Both the position numbers and the translations under genes were made by a program. A model generated the notes under the pieces. The model ran no database searches. It saw only the letters and a program-made list of their open reading frames with translations, and was not told the DNA's origin. A DNA stretch of 64,000 nucleotides from Barthelona sp. PCE (Eukaryota). The stretch lies in NCBI GenBank assembly GCA_040285745.1, contig JAUFOR010000003.1, positions 1,488,001-1,552,000 on the forward strand. The letters run 5' to 3'. Positions 11,290-21,264 of this stretch are shown here, one piece after another (the stretch's first letter is position 1; each line of letters begins with the position of its first letter).

Positions 11290-11508
11290 ACAGGCGAAAA
11301 GTAAAACATAGATCTATTGTTCTGGTTCTTGAATTCTGTGCATTTTCGATTACAGGGAAAAGAACCATAAACTCTACATGAGGATTAACTTTTTCCATTC
11401 TGCTGCCGATTATTAAGAATACTTCTACCAAACTTGCTGTTGTACCTTGTGAAAGAAGGTTCTAAGGAAAAAGTACTTGTTGTAATTTTTTATTCCATTA
11501 TCTAAACA

Positions 11509-12351
11509 ATGCTCAAGTTTTTACTTGCGTTACTGATTATATCAGAAGTGGCCATGGCCCTGAACATTTGTGATTTTAACGATTGCCTTGAAATGACAAA
11601 GAAGCTTGCTGATAATCCTCATATTCAGCAGCAATCCGATGCTGATGCTGAGAATAGGCATGTGTGGTCCAATGGCGAGTCCGAAAATCATTACTATGGA
11701 CGTTATGGTTCTTCACGTAGAAGAATGCCTGACCATCCTGCTCATCGTCACCACCATGAACGCCTTGAACGTTATCATGGCCACCCTCTTTTCCCTGGCA
11801 TTCCCGGTGGCCGCCATCCCCCTCAACATAGATGTCCCAAGTGCCCCAGATGTCCAAAACCGGAGATTCGCGAGGTTGAACGTGAAGTTATTCGCGAGGT
11901 TGAGCGTGAGCGCGACGCCGACGAGTTATTCCTTTTGGATACCATCTCTCAGCTGCATTTATTCTTTGATGATGAAGACACTTCCAAAGACCTTTGTCAA
12001 TTCATTGCCAAACGTTGTCGTCGTCTCCAGCCCTCTGAGGAGCGTGAGGAAGAGAACAAAACCGACTATATGTCGATGATTAAGTGTAGAAAGATTTCTA
12101 GTGAAGGAGCTGATCAATTTAGAGATAGCTATTGTTCTGCGTGTGATAAGTTACCCAAGTTTGAACCCGTTGGTACATCTCGTGATGACTGTTACCATGA
12201 CTGCTCTTTCATTGCTACCAGTGTCCAAATTGACATTAAGCAAAGCTGCACTCAGTTGGGTTACCAGGAATTCGCAATTTCTGATCTTCAAGAGTGCTTT
12301 GCACGTGGTAAGGATACTTTGGATCAGACAATTGCTGCATACAATCAATAA
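11509..12351 (+). CDS. secreted Cys-rich protein with a His/Pro/Arg-rich insert
   Basis: Signal-peptide-like N-terminus (MLKFLLALLIISEVAMA), multiple CxxxC/CxxC pairs and an HPAHRHHH tract. Confidence 0.75.
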   Translation: MLKFLLALLIISEVAMALNICDFNDCLEMTKKLADNPHIQQQSDADAENRHVWSNGESENHYYGRYGSSRRRMPDHPAHRHHHERLERYHGHPLFPGIPGGRHPPQHRCPKCPRCPKPEIREVEREVIREVERERDADELFLLDTISQLHLFFDDEDTSKDLCQFIAKRCRRLQPSEEREEENKTDYMSMIKCRKISSEGADQFRDSYCSACDKLPKFEPVGTSRDDCYHDCSFIATSVQIDIKQSCTQLGYQEFAISDLQECFARGKDTLDQTIAAYNQ

Positions 12352-12540
12352 AATTATTTCTATTGCCGCTCAAAGAATTTCTTCTCGACAACTATGAAAT
12401 TTGCATTTATAAAATCATCTGAATTGGAGTATTGGGTTTAGTATCTCTTGTAAATAATAAAAAACGAGCTTATTCTAGTTGTTTCACATTATTCTTTCCT
12501 TATCATCTTAATTTTGATTTTATAGGGCTAAAGTTTGGAC

Positions 12541-15500
12541 ATGGACCTCCCAGCCTTGTCAACGACCCCACTTTCAAAGCAGAAACATAGATCCAAATTG
12601 GACAGAAGTGTTTCAGTAACTAGTTACCGCAGTGTGGATAGTAATGGAACCAGGCGGAGCCTAAGAAGCCTAAAAGCCATCGACAGCGAGATTGAACGTA
12701 TGAAAGACGAAATGGATCGGGACATTTATTTTTCAAAACATGTACATAACATAAATATGCCACCTCGGAGTAACACCAGTCTTGGATTTTCGGTCGATGA
12801 GCGGAAAGAGAATGAAAAAGTAGGATATTTGGTTAAAAAGAATCAGAAAAAACCCTTTTCTGTATTACAATCTGCATCAGGTTTTAGTCAGTATAATTCA
12901 CTTCGTAGTGAGCTCAATAACATTAGACAGAACCGAGAAATTCGAAATGTGAGTGAAATGAAAGAGTTAAAATCTCATATTCGCTCACAGTTTGCTGTTT
13001 TTGCAGAAACAATCCAATTTGCTCAATCTACAAACAATGATAATGAATCCAAGAGTATACTGAACAATCTGGCAACCACTATGCATGGGTTTAGTGAGAA
13101 TATTTATGCACATCTGCAGAAAACTAATAACAAAGTACTGAAATTACAAAACGAATTGGAAGATTTTAAGGCAAAATATCAAAATCTTGAGCAATATTCG
13201 CTAAGTCTCACGGACAGTTTTGTATTTCAACGTGAGCAGAGATATCGTAATTTATCAAAGAATTTACTTATCACATTAAAAAAGAAACATATGCGATTGC
13301 AAGAGTTAGAACAAGAGACCAAAGACTGCACAACAAACATGAATGCGATCATGAAGGACCTGAAAAAGAAGACAGAACATAGTGTACAGGAAACAGATGT
13401 TTTAATCAAGGAGAACAAGACTCTACGAGAAAAAGCAAAGGTTTTGGAGAAACGCAACGATCGAGTGGAAATAGAGCTCAAAGAGGCAAGATCCACTGCT
13501 GGTAGACTGGCTGCAGAGTTGGCATCAGTGCGAGAGTCTGGTATTGTTTCAACCACCCGTGCTGCGAACAGTGGTGGGAACGGAAGATCAAGCATGTTCA
13601 AAAACATGAGCTTAGACATGTACATTACCCCGGTCTGCTCGCAGTGCCGAACACGTCTTGAGAAAGAGCTGCACGACAACGGTGTTCTTCTTCGAATGGC
13701 TGTTTATGAGACCAAGTTAGCTCTTTATCTGCTGGGAATCATTAAGAAACCCACACCTATTCAGCAGTCAGACCCTTTGTACGAGTTTCATGAGACCCAC
13801 CCCGATTTCACAAAGACAGCTGAGCTGGTTACGCGCATTTTGGAAATCAAAGAAACAATGGACGATATGGGAGCGAAGCGCATCAAGCAGAAGGCTGTAT
13901 CTCTCTTCAACGATCTGCGTAAGCTGAGGGCAGAGGTCCTTGATCTCCGCGTTAAGGTTGATGTTTCAAATGCATCACTGAAGAAGGCCGAGGTACTGCT
14001 TAAGGATTCACAAACGGGCATGATAGGCGGGACAGGAGGAGCATCAAGCTCTGCAACCGGTAGTGCACACTTTATATATCGTCGTAACCTCCCACAGATT
14101 TTAATATACCCATCTCCGATATTTACAACCGCTATAATGTCTGGTGATATTGCAAGCACAGATATCCGTATGCGCAAGAGCTTTATGGGACTGACAGAGG
14201 TGCTGAGCACATGTCGCTCTTTCATCAATTGGTGTTTGTTCGGCGAAGACAATTTGTATTTCCGATTGTGGGATATTGTTTCGCTCAAAGCATTCCCTAC
14301 AATGACAGAGGCGCTGCTGCTCTTCTTCAGATCAACTGTTGCCAACGACCCGTCGTTTTATGATGACTATCTTTCGAACAACCCACAAGTCGCCATAGAT
14401 CATGCTGTTTCACATGTAATGTGGAAGTTCTTCCTCTCTCTTCAGTCTTTCGCCTCCCAACACTCCGAAATCGAGATTATTGCAGGTTTCCTAATGGAGC
14501 GATACTCGATCATTTCGTTTGTGCTCTTCTTTATTATAATTGCATTTTTCAGTCCCACACAGCTGCCATATACACAGCTAGACAACGACAACTTGTTCTC
14601 CAAGATGAAGTATGTCGCAGCAACAGAGCTTGTAACTTTAATATTTCACTCAATAGTGCCCATGCTTTTTGTCAACGCTGAGCGCCTTAGCGCGAGTGAT
14701 ATAACCATGATCGTCAACCCAGACAGTGAGAAAAGAACTATCCGTGATGTAGACTTTTTCCCACTCTTAATGAGGGTTTTTGCAGTTTTTGAGAAACGTA
14801 TTGTGTTAAATGTTTTCCAAAAGCTACGTATCCGGTGTGCTGAAGTCACAATCGACCGACAAACAGAGTTAAAAAAGATCATGGTGACAATAGCTGAAAA
14901 CGCAACCTTGTTCCGTTCTTCTGAAGTCGCAGGTCAGACATTCTCATTGTGTGTACACCCATTGCTTTCTTTTGAGGCCAAGGTGCTGGTAGACAACGCA
15001 AGGGAAATTTTAGACATTGAGTCGGAAGAAAAAATGATGCATCAAGCTCCATTTGCAACACTAGATCCTTTAGCGTTCCATTCAATATACAGAGAGATCA
15101 TGCCGACAAGTACCCTTGAAAATTCATTGAAGGTGTGGCGTAGCGGCGTTATGGTTGGTGGTGGTTTGCTCACTGGTCGCGGCATATGGATACAATTCCT
15201 GATGGAAGAGTTATTCAGGTTTAAACCACTGGAGTACTGCCTGAAGCAACGCTACGAGCGTATATTAATTATTAAAGCACGGCTTTTGTTGCAAAAATTG
15301 CAAATACTATTCACTTTGGTCGATAAAGATGGTATGTTTAAACAAAAGCATATGGAACAGGTGCTATATCTCAAGAAACAGACAGAGCGCATGCTTAATT
15401 TTGTTTCAGTTGAAGACAAGGAAGAAATCGAACGTTCTGAAGTTTTTAACTGTGTTTGGGTAGTTGTGAGGGTAGGTTGTGATTTAGCTTCAAAGTTCAA

Positions 15501-15741
15501 TGACAACCAGTCTGACTTCTTCATGGAAGATGTACCGGACATTGAAATCATAAAAATGATAGATGGTGGTAAACAAATTTCCTTCACTCCAGCGAAGTTT
15601 TTGTTACAGCATACTATTAACTTGTTTAGCATTGAAGTCATCAGGGAATACGAATCAAGGCTCGATGAGTACCTGCTAGAGTTTACAAACATTGTGGACA
15701 TCTTGGAAGAAACTTTGAAGAGGTATATGACAGTATTATAG
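12541..15741 (+). CDS. large coiled-coil protein of unknown function
   Basis: ORF of about 1066 codons. Heptad-rich N-terminal half and a helical globular C-terminal half. Confidence 0.8.
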   Translation: MDLPALSTTPLSKQKHRSKLDRSVSVTSYRSVDSNGTRRSLRSLKAIDSEIERMKDEMDRDIYFSKHVHNINMPPRSNTSLGFSVDERKENEKVGYLVKKNQKKPFSVLQSASGFSQYNSLRSELNNIRQNREIRNVSEMKELKSHIRSQFAVFAETIQFAQSTNNDNESKSILNNLATTMHGFSENIYAHLQKTNNKVLKLQNELEDFKAKYQNLEQYSLSLTDSFVFQREQRYRNLSKNLLITLKKKHMRLQELEQETKDCTTNMNAIMKDLKKKTEHSVQETDVLIKENKTLREKAKVLEKRNDRVEIELKEARSTAGRLAAELASVRESGIVSTTRAANSGGNGRSSMFKNMSLDMYITPVCSQCRTRLEKELHDNGVLLRMAVYETKLALYLLGIIKKPTPIQQSDPLYEFHETHPDFTKTAELVTRILEIKETMDDMGAKRIKQKAVSLFNDLRKLRAEVLDLRVKVDVSNASLKKAEVLLKDSQTGMIGGTGGASSSATGSAHFIYRRNLPQILIYPSPIFTTAIMSGDIASTDIRMRKSFMGLTEVLSTCRSFINWCLFGEDNLYFRLWDIVSLKAFPTMTEALLLFFRSTVANDPSFYDDYLSNNPQVAIDHAVSHVMWKFFLSLQSFASQHSEIEIIAGFLMERYSIISFVLFFIIIAFFSPTQLPYTQLDNDNLFSKMKYVAATELVTLIFHSIVPMLFVNAERLSASDITMIVNPDSEKRTIRDVDFFPLLMRVFAVFEKRIVLNVFQKLRIRCAEVTIDRQTELKKIMVTIAENATLFRSSEVAGQTFSLCVHPLLSFEAKVLVDNAREILDIESEEKMMHQAPFATLDPLAFHSIYREIMPTSTLENSLKVWRSGVMVGGGLLTGRGIWIQFLMEELFRFKPLEYCLKQRYERILIIKARLLLQKLQILFTLVDKDGMFKQKHMEQVLYLKKQTERMLNFVSVEDKEEIERSEVFNCVWVVVRVGCDLASKFNDNQSDFFMEDVPDIEIIKMIDGGKQISFTPAKFLLQHTINLFSIEVIREYESRLDEYLLEFTNIVDILEETLKRYMTVL

Positions 15742-15861
15742 AGTCATTAAATTTGTAAAAAGTATCATAAATTGAGCAATGATGGGTGGATGTCCAGCAT
15801 TTAAGGGTTAAAGAACTACAACAAATAAGTAATTCGCTATTTCGTTAATATCACGTTTTTC

Positions 15862-16392
15862 ATGCGGTTTTTACACTGTACTACTACGAATTGGGGAATT
15901 GTAAGGGCGATTGTCACCGAGGCATTTCAAAACGACTTTTGTGCCGAACTCTTTGGGCAGTCATACCCAATTGAAGAATTTGTAGATGCATTTGTGTGTC
16001 TTCTGATGAAAAACCGAACATTTGACTATATTGTAGACAGGTTTGAGGATTTGTTTCCATCCAGTAGTGAATATTCTTGTAGGGAGTTTTTTGAGCTGTT
16101 ACAAGGTCATGTGAATGAAGAATTCGCTGCAGTTCAGGAGGAAACAGAAGATAAGACAGAAGAACAGAGTACAGAAGAGCGGAAATCACAACTGTGTCGT
16201 TTTTTTCCGTTTTGTAACAATGCATCATGCAAGTTTGAGCATCCAAAAATTGATTGCCGTTATAATGGAAGGTGTACCAATGACAAATGCAATTACTTTC
16301 ACACAGATAAAGAGGATTTTGTACAGAGTTTCAATGAGGATTTGAATGAAGAGTTTAAGAGAAAACGGAAACGAAGAACAAGTCGTTTCTAA
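15862..16392 (+). CDS. small tandem CCCH zinc-finger protein, Nab2/ZC3H14-type
   Basis: Fingers CRFFPFCNNASCKFEHP and CRYNGRCTNDKCNYFH (C-x5-C-x4-C-x3-H), a helical PWI-like N-terminus and a basic C-terminal NLS-like tail. Confidence 0.7.
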   Translation: MRFLHCTTTNWGIVRAIVTEAFQNDFCAELFGQSYPIEEFVDAFVCLLMKNRTFDYIVDRFEDLFPSSSEYSCREFFELLQGHVNEEFAAVQEETEDKTEEQSTEERKSQLCRFFPFCNNASCKFEHPKIDCRYNGRCTNDKCNYFHTDKEDFVQSFNEDLNEEFKRKRKRRTSRF

Positions 16393-16400
16393 TCATTTTA

Positions 16401-17996
16401 TTAAAACAGGCGCAGTAAATGAATATCACCATTGTTATCTCCTGCTATAACAACACTGCCTTTAGAGTGCTTACAATATTCCACTGTACTCACGAATGTT
16501 GTTTTATCATTGTTTTCAACCGGTAGAGTAGCACTAAGAATGGGGATGGACGCATCCACACTGTACAAAACAACACGATGGTTTTCAGAACCAACACAAA
16601 AATGACCGTTAAAAACGGAGAGTCCCGTAAATTTGGTCCTACTGATGTGCCCTCTGTGTTCTGATACTGGGCGTTCGCTCTCTCCCAAGCGCCATACGCG
16701 AACAACACTGTCAATACCTGAAGTTACTAACTTGCTCTTTGAAAGCCACTTGACCGCTGATACTGAGCGAGAATGGCCCTTCAAGACGAGGGTCAAGCTC
16801 TTGACGGTCACGTCTAACACCTGGGCGATATGGTCTGAAGAACCAAATGCAACATACCGACCATCAGGTGAGAATGAACAACAAAGTAATGCAGTAGTAT
16901 ATTTGTAAGTGAATTTTGGTGCTTCCTCCTTGAAATTAATTAAGCAAAGCATTTTATCTTTTGAAACAGTGCAAATAGTATTATCAAAAATGTCAAAATC
17001 GTAGATACGATCAGTGTGCAATTTGACTCTCCAAAAGCTGCAATCCTCCAACATCGGTGCTTCATCTGAATTGGCAGTACCAACTGTGATGTCTACACCG
17101 TATATATTTCCCTCTAAATCTGCAACGACGATTGTTTCATCATCCTTCTGTTCCAGAGTATCGAAGAACATAGCCTTTGCAACTGGCTTATTGCACCTGA
17201 GGTAATAAAGCGGTTTAGCCTCCTGGATATCATTAATGAAACTCTCAAAATCAAAAATGAGCAACATTCCACAAATGTACGAAACCATAAGGTATTTTGC
17301 GTTTGGACTCACCGATACAGAGTACACAGCGCGTGCGCACTTGCAGTTACCTGGACAAGAAGCAGGGGCACGACATGTACCAATCCGAGCAAAAGCAGAA
17401 AATGTAATGACAGATTCAACAGTCTCAAGCATGTTACTTAAGAGAGTTGATGAGTTCTGGAAGTCACTGTACATAATTTGCTTCTCAAACTCTGAAGAAA
17501 ACTCCTGCAATCGTTGTTTCTTCGAAATAAACTGTTGTGATGTAGTGAGTGCTGCTGCTTTACGTTTTCTGTTATCTATGCTTGGTTCTGCTGCCTCATC
17601 TTCAACATCAGAAAAATCTTCAATCTTACCGTGTGCTTCATCCACTTTTCCATCATGAAGCTCTTGCAATGCAGCTACACTTGCATCAATGGATGTAATT
17701 GCGTCTGTGGCGTGGTCAAACCTGTTTTGACAATTCCTAATCTGCTGCATTAACTTTGTACGAGCAGTATCAAGAAAATCTCTAATTAATAGTAATGATT
17801 CCATATGATCCTGCTCATTTTGTGATTTTGCTCTCTCCACGAGTGATTGCACAACGTGGGATAGATTTTCAGGCTGCATTGAAGGTTGTTGTGGTAAAAT
17901 TTCAGCCAGGGAAATATTAACTGACTTTAATGCTTCATCGTCTATGACGCTCATGCCCGAAATGCACGGTTTGGGATCTTTATGCTCACCGTTCAT
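16401..17996 (-). CDS. COP1/SPA-family WD40 protein (coiled coil plus WD40, no RING)
   Basis: HRGHISRTKFTGLS...VGSENHRVVLY and FVSTVEY...IAGDNNGDIHLLRL resemble the COP1 C-terminal propeller. Also AFGSSDH and LKGHSRSVSAVKW. Confidence 0.8.
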   Translation of the reverse strand: MNGEHKDPKPCISGMSVIDDEALKSVNISLAEILPQQPSMQPENLSHVVQSLVERAKSQNEQDHMESLLLIRDFLDTARTKLMQQIRNCQNRFDHATDAITSIDASVAALQELHDGKVDEAHGKIEDFSDVEDEAAEPSIDNRKRKAAALTTSQQFISKKQRLQEFSSEFEKQIMYSDFQNSSTLLSNMLETVESVITFSAFARIGTCRAPASCPGNCKCARAVYSVSVSPNAKYLMVSYICGMLLIFDFESFINDIQEAKPLYYLRCNKPVAKAMFFDTLEQKDDETIVVADLEGNIYGVDITVGTANSDEAPMLEDCSFWRVKLHTDRIYDFDIFDNTICTVSKDKMLCLINFKEEAPKFTYKYTTALLCCSFSPDGRYVAFGSSDHIAQVLDVTVKSLTLVLKGHSRSVSAVKWLSKSKLVTSGIDSVVRVWRLGESERPVSEHRGHISRTKFTGLSVFNGHFCVGSENHRVVLYSVDASIPILSATLPVENNDKTTFVSTVEYCKHSKGSVVIAGDNNGDIHLLRLF

Positions 17997-18354
17997 AATG
18001 AATCAAGATGAAAGAAGAAGTAATCGGAAAACCACTATTTACTATGTACGAATGTAATCCTCCCACAAATAGCCGTATAATGCAATATTGTGTGGTTATC
18101 AAAGTGTTTATTTGGCTATAATTTAAGATAACACCGAGAAAATTTATAAAATTGATTTTTCTCTGAATTGAAAAAACCAAGCTTTCTAAGACAATATATC
18201 CAGACGCAATGCACTTACACGGTATAAAAAAATAAATTTCTTAACCATACGCCTGTTTGAAAATAAATCCTCTCAAGATACAATTTTCATAATTTCATAT
18301 GCTGCAACTACATTTATAAAAATCTTACTTTCCATGACATACAATAAAATTAAC

Positions 18355-19098
18355 CTAAAGGGACGAAACACGTAATCTGTGATTTTTCAATTTTTCTGTA
18401 AGATTCCGCAATGAAGGAATCATTTGGGGTGATTCTGTGTCAGTGATGCGTGTCACTGGAGAAGTTTTGGGTTCATATCCAGCTTGATCAAGCTTAACCT
18501 TTAACATCTTTATAAACACAGCATCCTGCAGTAATTTAGCTCTTGTGTCAAGATAAGACTCCATGTGTAACGTTTCCAGCGACTCTTCTATTGCGCTTAA
18601 ACGTGAGAGAATATCAGAATACATTGAATCATACTCAACACTGTTGCTTCTTATTTGTTCCTCGCTTTTCTCATTTTCATACTCAGGACGCATTTGTTGT
18701 GGCTCAGTCTTCTTTGTGGGTGATACCATAAGTGCTACAGATTGCTGTAAATCATCTAAATAATGTTGTAAATGTAAAAACGAAACATTTGCATTTTCTT
18801 CAGAAAATGGTTCATTTATAGGTGCAGGTGAGGCTACTTGGACAACTGGAGACTTTGGTGAACCTACAGAACCCTTTAAAAACGAATCATCAATACTTGG
18901 TATTTCTTTTTCTTCATTAATGCTAGAAGCTATATCATCTTCCGATTCGCTGGGGCCAAAATTCAGAGTTGTAGCGACAAATGTTTCTCTACGATTGTTC
19001 AATACGCTGTTAACACCATGTTTCCTACTAGACTTAAATTCCGGGCTCAAAAATGCGCTTAGATCATCGAACGGGCTCGTTGGAGGAGATTCGTTCAT
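18355..19098 (-). CDS. hypothetical Ser/Pro/Glu-rich protein with short coiled coils
   Basis: ORF of about 247 codons from ATG 19098, low complexity. Confidence 0.65.
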   Translation of the reverse strand: MNESPPTSPFDDLSAFLSPEFKSSRKHGVNSVLNNRRETFVATTLNFGPSESEDDIASSINEEKEIPSIDDSFLKGSVGSPKSPVVQVASPAPINEPFSEENANVSFLHLQHYLDDLQQSVALMVSPTKKTEPQQMRPEYENEKSEEQIRSNSVEYDSMYSDILSRLSAIEESLETLHMESYLDTRAKLLQDAVFIKMLKVKLDQAGYEPKTSPVTRITDTESPQMIPSLRNLTEKLKNHRLRVSSL

Positions 19099-19277
19099 TA
19101 TTGTTGATGGGATAAAGGGTGAGAAATTCTGTATCACTTAAGTGTTGTTTTTATCAATATTTGCCTACCATTGCGTTGCTGAATCATATGCCGTGGAATC
19201 AAATATGAAACTAAATGTTTATCATATGTAACGATGTTTTCTCAAAAATATTCTATTTCAGAGAGGAACATGGATTG

Positions 19278-19934
19278 ATGTTGCTCGTAACAACTGCATT
19301 TATCGCGGGAGTGGTGATTGGAGCATTTTTGGTGGTGGTATTGTTCCTCATTATCAATAGTTTGTTGTATATTGACGATGTTTCATCTAAAACAATTTAT
19401 AAACCCACAACGAGAGCATTCTTCGACATGGGGATTGATTTATCTGCACTAAATAACACATTACAACAGGTATTTCAATTGCATTTTGCTCAGCTCCTCG
19501 ACAATCTTTCAGAAGTAGGAATTCACTTAAGAGACTATATTCATCCGGAAACCCCAAACATAAAAATTAACTTCTTTGAATACATTCCAGAAACACGAGC
19601 TAAGCTTTCAGTTGAAGAAAATATCCTTTGTTTTCTTTCTCAGTTAACTTTTTCAGGCAGTATGAGCGCTAAACTCTGCCTGAATGAGTTTAAAATCCCT
19701 GTAGGTACGGTAACGACGAAGCTCCCACTTTCATTATCGAAGATCTGTGTCAAGACCCCACTTGCTCTTTACGTATCAGACACAGGGTTTGAGTTACGTA
19801 TGATTGCGAAACCGCGTATTGAGGTAAAGTCGAAGATTGCTGACTTCAATACGTCCACATTTCCGCTTAATATCGTCATAAGATACATTGAGAAGCAAAT
19901 TTTTGACTTTGAAAAGTTTTCGATTGTGATATAA
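19278..19934 (+). CDS. N-terminally anchored membrane protein, possibly with an SMP/TULIP lipid-transfer domain
   Basis: A hydrophobic N-terminal helix followed by a helix, long alternating beta strands and a terminal helix, as in Mmm1-type SMP domains. Alternative ATG at 19215. The domain call is tentative. Confidence 0.5.
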   Translation: MLLVTTAFIAGVVIGAFLVVVLFLIINSLLYIDDVSSKTIYKPTTRAFFDMGIDLSALNNTLQQVFQLHFAQLLDNLSEVGIHLRDYIHPETPNIKINFFEYIPETRAKLSVEENILCFLSQLTFSGSMSAKLCLNEFKIPVGTVTTKLPLSLSKICVKTPLALYVSDTGFELRMIAKPRIEVKSKIADFNTSTFPLNIVIRYIEKQIFDFEKFSIVI

Positions 19935-20006
19935 ACAACCGAGGCTAGAACAAATTTCTAAAAAAATCAATTTAAAAACAATTTATTTACACTTTATAAG
20001 GGAGGA

Positions 20007-20711
20007 TTAGTTCTCATCTTCCTCTTTAGCTTCTTCTTCGACTTCTTCATCTTCATCCTCAATCTCCTCTTCTTCGACATCTTCCGTCATTAGGTTAAGA
20101 AGGAAATCGCGAATTTCTGGTGTCTGCAGATGCTTCTTGAGTGGTCCGCGGAACATGGAAAGCATGTTAACGATCATTTCAGGGTTAACCATACCCATCA
20201 TACCTTCCATCATACCAGGATGCATGAATTCTGCGAAGGCACCCATTCCTGGACAGGGGGACTCGTCGCAGACGGGCTCTTGACACTCGGGCTCTTGATG
20301 ACAAGGCTCTTGATGACAAGGCTCTTGATGACAGGGCTCTTGGTGACAGGGATTGTGGCGATGGCGACGTTTGCCCTTGAAAGGTTTTCCATGACAAGGA
20401 TGACCCTTCATCTTCTTGCAGGGAGACTGGCAGGGCATGCCTTGCATTTCAGGATCATGCATCATGTGCATCATGTGCATGAAACATTTAGGAGGAATTG
20501 GCATGGTGATATAAGCTGGGTTGTTCATATAGAACTGTTTCATACCCTTACACTTACCCTTGTTCTTCTTACAGTGCTTCTTTCCACCACAGCAACCGTG
20601 CATTGGGGAGAACATATGAGGAGACATATGAGGATGCATATGAGGATGCATATGAGGGTGACAACCGTGATTGGGAGCGCCGAACATCATTTCAGGAGAG
20701 AAACCAAACAT
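20007..20711 (-). CDS. His/Met/Cys/Pro-rich repeat protein with acidic tail
   Basis: 234-codon ORF with HPHM repeats, PCHQE x4 and a Glu/Asp-rich C-terminus. TGTAAA lies downstream at 19986-19991. Confidence 0.8.
   Translation of the reverse strand: MFGFSPEMMFGAPNHGCHPHMHPHMHPHMSPHMFSPMHGCCGGKKHCKKNKGKCKGMKQFYMNNPAYITMPIPPKCFMHMMHMMHDPEMQGMPCQSPCKKMKGHPCHGKPFKGKRRHRHNPCHQEPCHQEPCHQEPCHQEPECQEPVCDESPCPGMGAFAEFMHPGMMEGMMGMVNPEMIVNMLSMFRGPLKKHLQTPEIRDFLLNLMTEDVEEEEIEDEDEEVEEEAKEEDEN
20290..20349. repeat. 15-bp coding tandem repeat, 4 copies (CHQEP units)
   Basis: GGCTCTTGATGACAA x2, then GGCTCTTGATGACAG and GGCTCTTGGTGACAG. Confidence 0.95.
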
Positions 20712-21264
20712 TAAATAAAAGAAAAAGGTTAGTTTAAAGAAAGCAAAAATTTAGGTCCACAGGCTCATTCGAGCCCAAAAACTGCCGCAAAATCACACTG
20801 GTCTGTAGTCACATCCGTTATTCAAGCGTCAAAAATGCTCTACAAAGCGATAAATGTATTCAAATTATTTTTATTCAATACCCCTCAAACAAGACGACTC
20901 TGTCAGGTGGATCAAATGTGCTTAATGAGTATTATTAAGGGTTTGCAGGCATGGAATCATCATAAAAACAATAGCATTGGTCCCAACTAATGGGGGCTCT
21001 TACATCCTCAAAACGGTATTAATCTCGCTTAATCCCCGTTTTTCATACGTTTCGTCCACATTTATACCAATTAGATATGGATTAAACCAAAAATTCATCT
21101 GGAATACCTAAAGCATAGTATGGTCGTTTGCACTTATCTTCTATATATTTAAACAGTATCAATCAAATATTTATCCTTACTCCGCAACAAAAAATTGATG
21201 GCGACGGAATTATTAGTGTTTTACCTTTTTCTCTCCTTCTAATTCATTTGCATAATTGCTGCTC

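Noticed and set aside
20290-20349. Short direct repeats as a CRISPR array
   Set aside because: No spacers, the repeats are in-frame and coding, and the context is eukaryotic with no cas genes.
20130-20714. 194-aa plus-strand ORF and similar long shadow ORFs (e.g. 2087..2665, 8067..8696, 45336..45923)
   Set aside because: They are antisense to well-supported genes and are explained by codon bias or repeats.
21049-21058. GGACGAAAC on the minus strand, resembling a hammerhead ribozyme core
   Set aside because: No CTGANGA or complementary stem II at the required position.
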